Below, piece after piece: positions 53,415-64,000 of a stretch of 64,000 nucleotides of DNA. The DNA comes from Cenococcum geophilum (Eukaryota): positions 8,370,001-8,434,000 of the forward strand of contig CP158635.1 of the NCBI GenBank assembly GCA_050273025.1, read 5' to 3'. The notes beneath the pieces were generated by a model. The model had not been told where the DNA came from and did not search any database. It was given only the letters and a program-made list of their open reading frames with translations. Both the position numbers and the translations under genes were made by a program. Each line of letters starts with the position of its first letter. Within the stretch, counting starts at the first letter, position 1.

Positions 53415-53780
53415 ACGGAGGTCGCTACCTAAAGTTTTTATACCTTTCTAATTGGGAAGTTATGCGACTGCGTACGCAGCTATCAGCCTACCCCGCGTGA
53501 ATTTAGACACGGTCTCGCTACAAGTGCGTAATTTTTGGTACTGCTACGTAAACCACAATACCAGCTACGTAAATTATGGCACTAATAAATTTTAATAAAT
53601 TTTAAGTTATAATAACTACTTTAATGCTATTACTTATATAATAATCCTAATTTAGAATTTATATAACTCTTATAAAATTTTATATAAAAATAAAAATATT
53701 TATTTAATAATGTACTAATAGAGTTAGTAAGTTAACTTCCTAATTAGGAAGGTACAAAAACTTTAGGTAACGACCTCCGT
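53415..53780. mobile_element. MITE with ~42-bp TIRs
   Basis: ACGGAGGTCG(C/T)TACCTAAAGTTTTT(A/G)TACCTT at both ends, inverted. No clean TSD. Confidence 0.8.
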
Positions 53781-53918
53781 TCTACCTTATCAATAACTTA
53801 ATTAGATTCTCAATAATATATAGACCTTCTCTATAGGTTCTAAATATATATCAAACTTAATTGCTAGGCTAAATCTAATACTAGTAATAGTAATATTAGT
53901 CTCTACGCCTACCTCCGT

Positions 53919-54107
53919 GAGATGTTCAACTTTGACTTCGGAAGGAGATGAGTAGCGAGCCTTCGAGCGCGCATGGTACGTGTTATCATCCTCTCGAAAG
54001 ACGGTAAGCGTGCCCGCAAGTTTATACTCCCCATCGACTTCTTTGAAGGCCTCGGCAGATTCCAGAACCTCCGCAGGCCGTGATGCTAGCACAGTTGTAG
54101 CAGGCAT
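53919..54107 (-). pseudogene. 5' fragment of a fungal protein-kinase-like gene, truncated by a TE end
   Basis: EVLESAEAFKEVDGEYKLAGTLTVFREDDNTYHARSKARYSSPSEV resembles, from memory, the N-terminus of small ascomycete Ser/Thr kinase-like proteins. Sequence switches to RIPed DNA at an ACGGAGGT terminus. Confidence 0.5.
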
Positions 54108-54437
54108 GATCAGAGATCAGCAATGCGAAAAACAGCGGATGGATGTTATGGTCTAGATCGGGTTAGCGCTCGGACTTGAGGGGGGAAGGATCGGTGTACG
54201 CTTTTTATGCGAACAGCAAGGAGGTGCTGGGAGGTGAAGGAAGGTCGGGGAACAAGCACGAGAAAGGTCCAGCGGCAAGGGGATGGGAAGACATGCAATT
54301 TACCCAAGAAATTGGCTGGAGAGTGAACTCTTGATGCTGAAAAGAGCAGATATTTCAAACGGGTGCTGCACACGTTCTTCTAATTCGTCCAATGGTCCTA
54401 AGTGTTGCCTATATAAATTTCGGACGTTCATCGCGTC

Positions 54438-55454
54438 TTACAACTCAAAGTCTCCTAGAGGACTCTGTTCCTCTAGCACTACAGCGCCTTGAGCTGCCGT
54501 TGACAGAGAATTGAGGTATCCACCAAGCCTTATGCCAGCCATGCCAATCAAATAGTCGACAATCGGCACAGCACCTTTATAGTAATCGGTACTTAAGTCC
54601 TTGTCAGCAAACCAATCCTTTATTTCCTCCAAATCTGTGAGCCCGCCAACATTCAACACATAACTGCAAATATATTTATTCGCCTCTGTCGCCCAATCCA
54701 TAGTGCACTTCTGGGGGTTAGTCACATCGGCGCACTGCTTCTTGACTCTGCGCTTCTGATTCGCGGCATAGAGTTTGTTTGCCCATTCAGCAGCTGCCGC
54801 CCTCTCTTCATCGTTGTTGGCAGCGTTAGAGATGCCGCAGATCTTGTGAGGAATGTACTTGTCCCAGACGGCGTGCAGTTCGTTATGGGCGCAAGCGCGA
54901 CGGAAACATGTCGAAATATTGTTACCTCCCCTGAAGGCGTTTTCAGTGTGTAAAGGCTGGTGCAGGTCGCCGATAAAGTGAAAGATGAACATCAGTGCTT
55001 CTTTCCGCACAATATCCTTGGCGTTCGGGTCGAGGAAGAGCGAGGTTTGATTTGTAATGGCAGATATAATACAACCTTCATGGTGCTCAGAGTTAAAGCA
55101 GTCACGATCATAGTTGACATTGCATTCCAAAGGTGGAGCATCGAGGGCATCTTTGGCTTTCTGTCAGTGTATTTCTTGCCGTCCGTGTCTTGCACCATCA
55201 AGTACATCTGCCGTACCAATGTAGTGCCATTCCTTCGTCAATGGCCGTGAGTGGGGGCCACGCTTGATGGTGTCGGCCCACGTCGCAGCGTCTGAGAATT
55301 CGAAGCCCGCGAGGATGCCACCGATGTATTCAGCCGCTCCTTCTGTCAAGTACTTCTGTGCGAGGTAGGCGACGGTTCTATGACCAAGGTCGCTCCAGCA
55401 AGTACCGTACTGGGGAAGCGAAAGCAAAGCGACTGCAGCAACGGAGAAGCGCAT
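54438..55454 (-). CDS. Secreted S1/P1 nuclease, 316 aa, 2 exons
   Basis: Exons 55454-55217 and 55150-54438. 66-nt intron GTACGG..CTGAC..AAG. Signal peptide followed by WSDLGH, WAD, WHYID, HFIGDLHQPLH, LHAVWD, AGIRLG. Confidence 0.95.
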
Positions 55455-55749
55455 GGTCGGCTGGACGAAAGAGCTATGAATGGGAAAGCGGAGAGATGTT
55501 GAGGTTCACGGTTCGTGGGGTTGAAGCACAAAGCTTTATTTTGAGTCTCTCGTTGTGCAAACATTCAGCCCTTGGCCGGCTTCAGCCGTAAGAATTGCCT
55601 TTTCTGGGACAGCGGGCGGGAGAGGCTGTGAGCGAATAAAATGCGCATGTGCGAATTATTGCTGCCTTGGCCCAGCTGATGTTGTGGAGTGGAAGGTTGA
55701 ATCAGGATCTGATTGCTGTGATCTGCTCGCCAAGAGCTGAGGGCGGGCT

Positions 55750-55830
55750 TTACCTCAGCAAGCTCAGACGCGATTCCGTTGGTGCGGAGTCAATCGGCCC
55801 GCAAGCGAATGACTAACCACCTCTGAGGCA
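55750..55830. mobile_element. Isolated terminus of the MULE-type MITE family
   Basis: TTACCTCAGCAAGCTCAGACG..TCGGCCCG..TGACTAAC matches the reverse complement of 29070-29157. Confidence 0.75.
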
Positions 55831-56599
55831 CTTTTCCAACGTTTATTACGTTTTCCGATAAGGTTATCTTGGCCCGGACCTTCTACCGAAGTTCTACCAT
55901 CGCGCTAAACCACATCAAGAAAACGAGCAATTGCTCTGACCAGAGGCTTCAACACCAAGCCCTATACAGTATAGAGCCCCTAGATTGGCTTATGAGGCGC
56001 ATGTACGATAAGTTTGAATTCTTCCCAAGGATACTCTAGAAATTTACCAGAGCTTCTGCAAACGCCCACCCACCACACTATAGCCGCCGCTGCTAGCAAT
56101 GGCTCCCTTGCTGGCCCTCCAGGTGAGTCTGTCACAGCAGAGCTCTCGTACCTGCGCCCAGCGCTGTCGCAAACCTCGCCGATCCGCCTCGATCATACGA
56201 AAGGACCCAAAGATTTTCGTTCTATGCGCGCCGAGTATGACGTCCTGCCCGGTGCAAACGGAAGCGCCTGAATCGCCCTGGAAGACGATACCGAGGCTCT
56301 GGTGGGAATTAAGGCCGAGCTCGAGAGGTCTCAATGGCGAGCGACAGTGGGCGGCCGGGGGAGCAGCCTCTCTATGGCAGCTGGGGACGTGATCATGGCG
56401 GATAGCGACAGCTCAGGAGCAGAGCAACACAAAGGGAAGGTATGGTGGGCCATACGCACCAAACCGCCAACGTCAAAATTCGCCTCATCAAAATATCGCC
56501 CCATTTGAACCACGATTTGAACCACGATTTGAAGCTTTGATTTAAAGCCTTAACTTGAAGTTTCTCTTAATTTAATGCTTTGATTTGGGGCCTTTTGAC

Positions 56600-57370
56600 T
56601 CTATACCTACGTAGAGCTTCGTGCGGAGCTTTACACGGAGGCTCTATACAAAGGCTCTGCGTATGGGTGCTCTACACGAGGCTCTGCGCGGGGCTCTGCA
56701 TTAGGGACTTCACGTACAGAGGCTCTATATACGGATGCTCTGCGTATAGAGGCTCTGCGTATAGAGCTCTACGTACGGAGGTTCTACACGACGCTCTGCA
56801 CAACGCTCTACATTAAAGACTGCGTACGGAGGCTCTGCGTACGAAGGCTCTATACGACAGTCTACACAACGCTCTGCATACGGAGGCTCTGCGCATAAAG
56901 GCTCTACATACGGGGGCTCTATACAACGCTCTACACGACGCTCTGCATCGAAGACTCTGCGTACGGAGGCTCTGCGTATAGAGGCTCTGCGTACGAAGGC
57001 TCTATATACGGAGGCTTTGCGTACGGAGGCTCTGCTTATAGAGGCTCTGCACGAAGCTACGTGCGTGGAGTCTCCGTATATAGAGTCTTTAATATAGAGA
57101 GTCTTTAATATAGAGAGTCTTTAATATAGAGAGTCTTTAATATAGAGCGTTATATAGTATTATATAGAGTTATATAAAGCCTCTATATAGAGAGTCTTTA
57201 GTAAAGAGCGTTATATAGGCGTTTATTTATTAAAATATTTATAAAGATAATTATAGAGGCGTATATAGAGACGATTATAAAAGTATTTATAAAAGTATTT
57301 ATAGAGGCGTTTATTAAGACAATTATAAAGGTATTTATAGAGGTAATTATAGAAATATTTATATAAACGT
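56600..57370. repeat. Degenerate 12/15-bp minisatellite (GCGTACGGAGGCTCT family), RIP increasing rightwards
   Basis: Same unit family as 11281-12080. Confidence 0.85.
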
Positions 57371-57499
57371 TCTTAGAGACCCCCTAATATACTAATATAA
57401 TATATTAAAAAGGCTTTAAAGTACTATATAAAGTTTTAAGTAGAGCTTTTATAAGATTATAACTAAAAATTTAAAGTTTTAAAGCTTTTATAATTTAGG

Positions 57500-58125
57500 T
57501 ATTTAGTAGTTTAGTATATATAGCCTACTATATAACCTAAACGCCTATTATAAAGAGATACTCTAGTTTTTATGTAATAATTATAATATAGTAGTAGTAT
57601 AAAGTATACTATTCGCTAGATTAATATAAAGGAGATAAAGTAAAAAGATTATAAGGATAATAATGTAATAATATAGCCTAGGTCTAAGAGATAATTAAAA
57701 TATTTAAATCTATAGCTATAGGCGCAATTAGTTTATTTTTGTTAATAAATTGGCTTATAATAAGAAGATAATAAGTAGGAAGTATAGGTAGGTACCTATT
57801 AAGAAGCCTATTAAAGAAATATTAAAACTAAAAATATTTAAAATATAGGGCTTATTACTAACATATACCTAATAAGGTAATATACTTAGTTAGTTAATAT
57901 ACTAGGGCGCTATTAATAAATAAAGAATAAGGTTTTTACTTATATATAGCCTTATTTAGTTTTAGTAATAGATAATTTATTAATCTATTATAATAAGGTA
58001 TATATTAAAGGATAGGCGTATTAATAATACTACCTACTTAAACCTAAGAAGTCCAATACCTCTATAATACTGCTAGTAGTAAACTTAAATATCTTTTTCT
58101 TTACTTACCTAATTTTAATCTAATT
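57500..58125 (+). pseudogene. Tc1/IS630-type (DDE_3) transposase remnant, interrupted by gypsy
   Basis: De-RIP FVDESACDEK..RKYGWAP (~57735-57800) and LEYLPPYSPDFNPI (58084-58125). Confidence 0.7.
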
Positions 58126-61100
58126 TGTTACGGACGCTTTAAGTACAATGTTACGACTACTAGGAGAGGAGTCGGAAGAAGCTAGTTAGTTGATTTAGGC
58201 ACGGTCTAGGATAGAGCCGATAGAACTATGTGACGAGGAATGGTAACCGAGGTCACATAATGTGATCTGTATAATCTATGTAATCTGTAAGATCTATAAT
58301 AAAGCAGATAGAGTACACGTATATTACGTACAAGGAGGATTTTATAGGAGTACGGTTGTGTATTTAAGGACCCTCAGTCCCTACCTAGATAGTTCCTTCC
58401 TTGTAGTAATTCTTAGAATATAATTGGAGTTAATCTATTAGGCAACCACTCCACCAGTTGTTATTACTTATTAACTATTATTACTTGCATTTCCTATACA
58501 CCTAGCCTAATAATAAGCCCACCGTAGTTCCTGCTACAAGGTTTTATTACACAATTACTACCTAGTTATAGTATTAATAACAGTAAGTCGGACAATATGC
58601 CACCAAAAGCAGCCACTATAACGCTATTAACGGCAGCAACTACATTGGGGTCAGGTAACGACACCAGTATAGCAGACACTAACTTATAGCAACCTATAAC
58701 GGTCGGATAGCTATAAGAGATAGTCAACTAGTTGATAGAAAATAATATAATGTTGGAAAATAGGATTAACGGGATAGGTGCAGCAAAGGTTAAGTTACCA
58801 TTAATTAAAAGGTACTTAGGAGAGAGATCGAAGCTTAAAGGATTCCTAACGTAAATGCACTTTAAGGTAGCACAGGAAGAAGCAAAGCTGGTAACACCTA
58901 TGGATTAAATAGCATACGCAGGATTGTTCTTAACAGGAAGAGCACTTAAATGGTTTAAGCCTTACCTAATAGAAATCTAGGTAAACGGAATAACAACTAC
59001 AAACTAAGAGGTACGGTTTATATTCTTAAGCTAGAATGGATTTATTAAGCGACTTATATAAATATTTAGAGACCCAGAGGCAGTAACCACGGCGGAAAGA
59101 AAACTCTAAGATATTACGTAACAAACCTTAGCAATTAAGTATATAACATAGTTCTAGACATTGGCAATATAAGTTAAGTGGAATAATAGGGCGCTTATGG
59201 CACAGTATAAATAGGGACTTAAGGCTAAAGTCTAGGACGCGATTATCCTAATAGAAGATGCGGATACCCTAAGGGAACTAATAGATTAAGTAATAAAGAT
59301 TAATAATAGGATCTACCAAAGGGAACAGGCTAAGAGAGGTTAGGATAGAGTTCTATAGTTATATAAGGCGCAGAGTACGCAATAACCCAAGCTAAGTTAA
59401 AAACTATGGTATGGCGCAGAGCTAATAGACCTAAGTGGTACTAAAAAAGCCTATAAGAGATGGAGTAAGAAACTATAAAAACCTAGAGGATAAGAATTGA
59501 GTAATTAAAGGTCTAAGGAGCAGAGGCTAAATCAGGGATCTTAACAGCAGAAGACATTTAGGCGGACTCTATAGTAAGAAAAATAGTTTAAAAAAGGAGC
59601 TTGTATAAATTGCGGAAAACAGGGTTATTATATTAGAGACTATAGAAGTGGGTAGAGTTACTATATAGTAAGAGGCATAAGACTAGCAGACAATATACAC
59701 GTATAAAGGGATGATAATATACTATAAGGAATAAAAGAATATTTAATTAAAAGTTTTGCGTTTTGTTATAATAACGCATACTAAATTTATAAAGACGCTA
59801 AGTATAGCGTAAGCTATTAGCTATAGGAGCCAGTACCTATAGGATGTAGAGGAACTAATAAACCAGTTCGTAGATCGGATATTAAGGACGATAAATTTAA
59901 CGTAGGCAAAACATTCCGTGACGATAAGGCAATAAGGGCCGCTTACTAGAAGTGAGTAAACCTCGGAGATATTATACTAGAGGTAAAGGATAATTCCACT
60001 ACGGAATAGGGAACATTAGTAGGGATCAAAACCCCACTAGATACAATGTCTATCGCTTTATAAGACGCAAGAGAAGTAGAACAGCGAACTACTTCGGTAC
60101 TTAATAAAGGCAAAAGGCCAAAGGCATAAGATTCTTATAGCGAGATAAGAGGCGACTAAGATTCTTAAGATAAGATAAGGCAAGCTTAAGAACCTATAAC
60201 GGACGATAACCGATAGAGTAGAGTAATAGCTTAGTCCAATAACATACGAATAAGCTTAGGATGAAGTTTCCTAAAGGTATAAGACTTTTAAGACGAGATA
60301 AGAACACTAAGTAAGCCTAGTTAGACTAAGGCTGGAGCTAAGCTTAAGCTAGAAGCAAGCTTAGGATTAAAGAATCTAAGGGGTCAAGAATTCGGAGTGC
60401 GAATTAGGACACCTATAAGCAAGAGGCAAGGAGCTTCTTTACAGATTAGAGAATCTGCGGCATAAATAGTAATTAGACTAGAAGACGAATACATAGACCT
60501 AGAGGACTTACTAGTAGAATATATTATTCGGACTAAAGATTAAAAAGTTAATACTAAGATTAAGAAGTAAGAGAACTTCGAGGATCTAAGCGCAAGACGT
60601 AAACTAAAAGAAACTATAAAAGAGTTTAGACAAAGAATCATCGCATAGCAAGAACAGAAACTAGATAAGAGATCTAGTATATTGGGACGTATAAGGGATA
60701 GAGTGCTAGTACAAAGGATTACTAATAGGCCGAAAATAGGCACATTAAGAGCTAAATGGCTTACTAAACTGGAAAATAAAGAGGATTTAGGGATTTTAAC
60801 TAGGTTCGAAGAACGATATATAAAGGGCTGTTATAATGCAGTAATAAGAAGATACTTCCTTACAGACAAGCCGTATACACTCTAGTAGCTATACCAAAAG
60901 TGGTATAGGCAAAGGCACAATAATAAGTGGGAAGATTTCTATATATGGTTAGATAAAAAAGTTATCTAGAACCACCTAATTATAAAAAAGGCCATAAATT
61001 ATATTAAAGGAGCCTTAATTATGATGTTAAAGGATCTAGAGGAATAATTAGAGAACTAGAGAAGTGAGAGACGCATCTTAGTACCTACGAATGAAGTCGC

Positions 61101-64000
61101 AACGTTTAAATTAGCACGATAAAGGTTTAAACTTAAAGATAAAGATGAGTTAAGAGTTAACCTAAAGCATCTAGCACACTATACGTTATTATAGATTGCG
61201 TGCGTGGACGATATATACGAGATACATAAGAATCTAAAGGAAAAGAATCGGAAATACCCTATAAGGATATACTGGATAATAGACGAGTTATAGTATAGGA
61301 ATGCCAAATATATACATAAATGGCATCCAGTAGAGGTCTAAGAGGAAGAAAGTTTAGTACTTTAACTAGGAAGATTCCTTATAGAAGAATGCTTAGATGG
61401 ATAATAGTGGTGGGAATACCTAGAGAATACGTGTCTATAGTATATTAAAGATAAGAAGCGAACTAGATATTAGCTAAAGAGTAAGCTAAGTATACAAGGA
61501 TTAAGTAGCTAATAGTTAGGAAAAGTAGAGGCCTACGGGACCAGAGGGAGCCAGTAGTAGAGCCTTAGACCCTTAAGGGAATTTAAAGACAACACCTAAA
61601 TTTATAAGTTAAATGGTAAGATTAATAATTTAAGGCGCTAATAGATAGTAGAGTAATAAGAAACCATATTTTACTAGCAGCAGTTAAAAGAATGGGGCTA
61701 CCTTATAGATAGAAGGAGCAACCTTACCTATTAGTTACGATTTTAGGAGATCCAATAGCCTACGGAGGGGGAATCATTAATCTTAAAATAGGACTAATTT
61801 AGATAACTATTAAAGGAAGATAAATTAAGATATCTTTTAATATCCTACTATTAGGACGGGATAAGGCAGTATTAGGTATACCTTAGCTATAGAAATATAA
61901 TCTAAAGATCAATTAGATTACAGGTTAGGTCAATATTAGAGATACTTAATGCTATAAGATATAATAATAAGCCAAGTTGGTATAGTACTAAGTAGGAGCA
62001 ATATATAAAGAAATAGAGAAAGGACTAAGTTATATACTAAAGAGATACCATAAGTATAATAAGAAACTATGGTCACCGGAAAGTAAAAAGCTGTTAGAGT
62101 ATATAGCATGGGACTATAAGATAGAATTAGAACTAGGAATAAGTCTAAGGTTTTTTCTAATCTATAAGCTTACTAAAGAAAAAGGTAAAGCACTAAAAGA
62201 GTTTATTTAGGAGAATCTACAAAAAGGATATATTAGACCATTACAGTTATTAGCGGGATATCCAGTACTGTTTATACTAAAGAAGAATAGCAAACTAAGG
62301 CTGTGTATTAACTATAGACAGTTAAACAGTATTACTAGAAAGGATAGGTATCCTTTACCCTTAATTAGCGAAATCTAAGATAGGATAGGTAATACGCAAA
62401 TCTTTATAAAGATAGATCTAAGATAGGCGTATTATTAGATTAGAATTAAGGAAGGCGATAAATAGAAGGCGGCCTTTAGGTCAAAGGAAGGACTATATAA
62501 ACCGTTAGTTATATAATTTAGGCTTATAAACGCACTAGCAACATTCTAGAAGCGTATTAATAATGTATTAGAAGAACACTTAAATGAATTTATTATAGTA
62601 TACCTTAATAATATTATTATCTACTTAATAACTAAGGAAGAATACGGAGAACACGTTAAATGGGTCTTAAAGAGACTATAAGAAGAATAGATGCTAGTAG
62701 CAATTAAGAAATGTGAGTTCTTTACTAGGAAGACCAATTTCGTTAGATTTATTATTAAATTAGGCCAACTTAGCATAGATCTAAAGAAGATTAAGGCTAT
62801 AGTAAATTAGTAAGAACTAGAGAACGTTATATAGTTAAGGTTATTCCTAGGGTTTTACAATTACTACAGAAGGTTTATAGCGTAGTGGTTAAAGGATATT
62901 AAGCCATTTACGTAGTTAATAAAGAAAGAAGAACTATAGGCATAGGGAGAGGAATAAAGAAAACTCTTTAAAAAAGTTAAGGAGTTATTTACCTAGGAGC
63001 TAGTTCTTAAAATCTATTAACTAGGCCTAGAGACGGTTATAGAAATAGATATATTAGACTATGCACTAGGGGTATACTTTATACAGAAATATTAGGATGG
63101 ATGGCACCTAGTGGTATACTATAGTTAAAAGATAATACTACTAGAGTTAAACTATAACATTTATAATAAAGAGTTGTTAGGTATAGTTGTAGTATTAAAG
63201 GAATAGAGAGCATTCTTATAAGGCACAGAGAAACTATTTATAGTTAAGACGGATTATAAGAACCTAATAGGATTCCTAATAATAAAGAAACTTAACTAAA
63301 GATAGGTTAGATGGGCAGAGATGCTTATAGAATACTATTTTAAGATTTAGTATATTAAGGGTACAGATAATACGTAGGCAGATACTCTAAGCTATAAAGC
63401 TAAACTGCAGAATAACGAAAAGCCATTAGGGGCTTTACTACGAAAAGATATAGACGGATTTATTAGATACAATTATCTAAAGATTACAGCAACTTAAGAA
63501 GACAAGGAACTAGAGAAAGCTTATAAAATACTAGAAAGCTTTTAGGAATAAAGGATTCTAGAAGTATAACTAAAAGATCTATAGGCGGATATATATAAAA
63601 ATTAAAAAGTAAAGTATATCCTAAGAAATATAGCAGAGTAGTTCGTAGAGGACTTCTATAAGGGATTAACTTAAGGACATAATAGAGCTATAGGCTTAGT
63701 GTTAAGACTTTAAGAAGAGTATATTATTAACGGAATCTAGAGGATAGCTAAAAAGGTTACTAGAGAGTGTCTAAATTACTAGAGGAATAAACTAATAAGG
63801 TATAAGCTGTATAGAGGGCTACAACCTATTAAAATACTAGAGAGACCATAGGAGGTTATATTATGGGACTTTATTATTAAGTTGCTAAAGTTAAGAGATC
63901 CTATTACTAGATAAGATTATAACGTAATCTTAGTAATAGTAGACAAGCTTATAAAGTAGGGATACTTTATAGCATACACAGAAGAAATCTTAGCGGAAGA
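58126..64000 (+). mobile_element. Gypsy family B copy 3 (5' LTR 58126-58551, gag, pol to integrase), runs off window
   Basis: TGTTACGG...TTACA LTR, ATG 58597, knuckle CINCGKQG at 59602, protease/RT/RNase H collinear with copy 1. Confidence 0.95.

Noticed and set aside
54960..55740. Short ORFs overlapping or upstream of the nuclease
   Set aside because: Shadow or promoter-region ORFs with no recognisable motifs.
1..64000. Starship / tyrosine-recombinase giant element
   Set aside because: No DUF3435 captain or recognisable Starship boundary seen. It cannot be excluded beyond the window.

Overview
AT-rich, RIP-mutated (CpA/CpG to TpA) transposon graveyard from a filamentous ascomycete. About 85% of the window is nested TEs: two Ty3/gypsy chromovirus families (several copies and solo/partial LTRs), two Ty1/copia elements, a PIF/Harbinger, hAT-, MULE-, piggyBac- and Tc1-type elements, and Tad1-like LINE pieces. 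Many have exact target-site duplications, so insertion order can be read. Small non-RIPed islands carry two secreted-enzyme genes: an M43 metalloprotease (29857-31749 +, with an internal TGA) and an intact S1/P1 nuclease (54438-55454 -), plus a truncated kinase-like gene. Most interesting: (1) the gypsy elements carry an intron-containing antisense gene encoding a Zn2Cys6-like cluster plus coiled coil, and a ~975-codon Gag with extra CxxxxCxxH motifs; (2) an identical 19-nt motif lies 3' of the ORF in both a copia and a hAT element; (3) an ORF1-only LINE with a TSD and a covarying 3' hairpin; (4) the same MITE end faces the promoters of both secreted-enzyme genes. All translations and 'de-RIP' readings were done by eye and no database searches were run.
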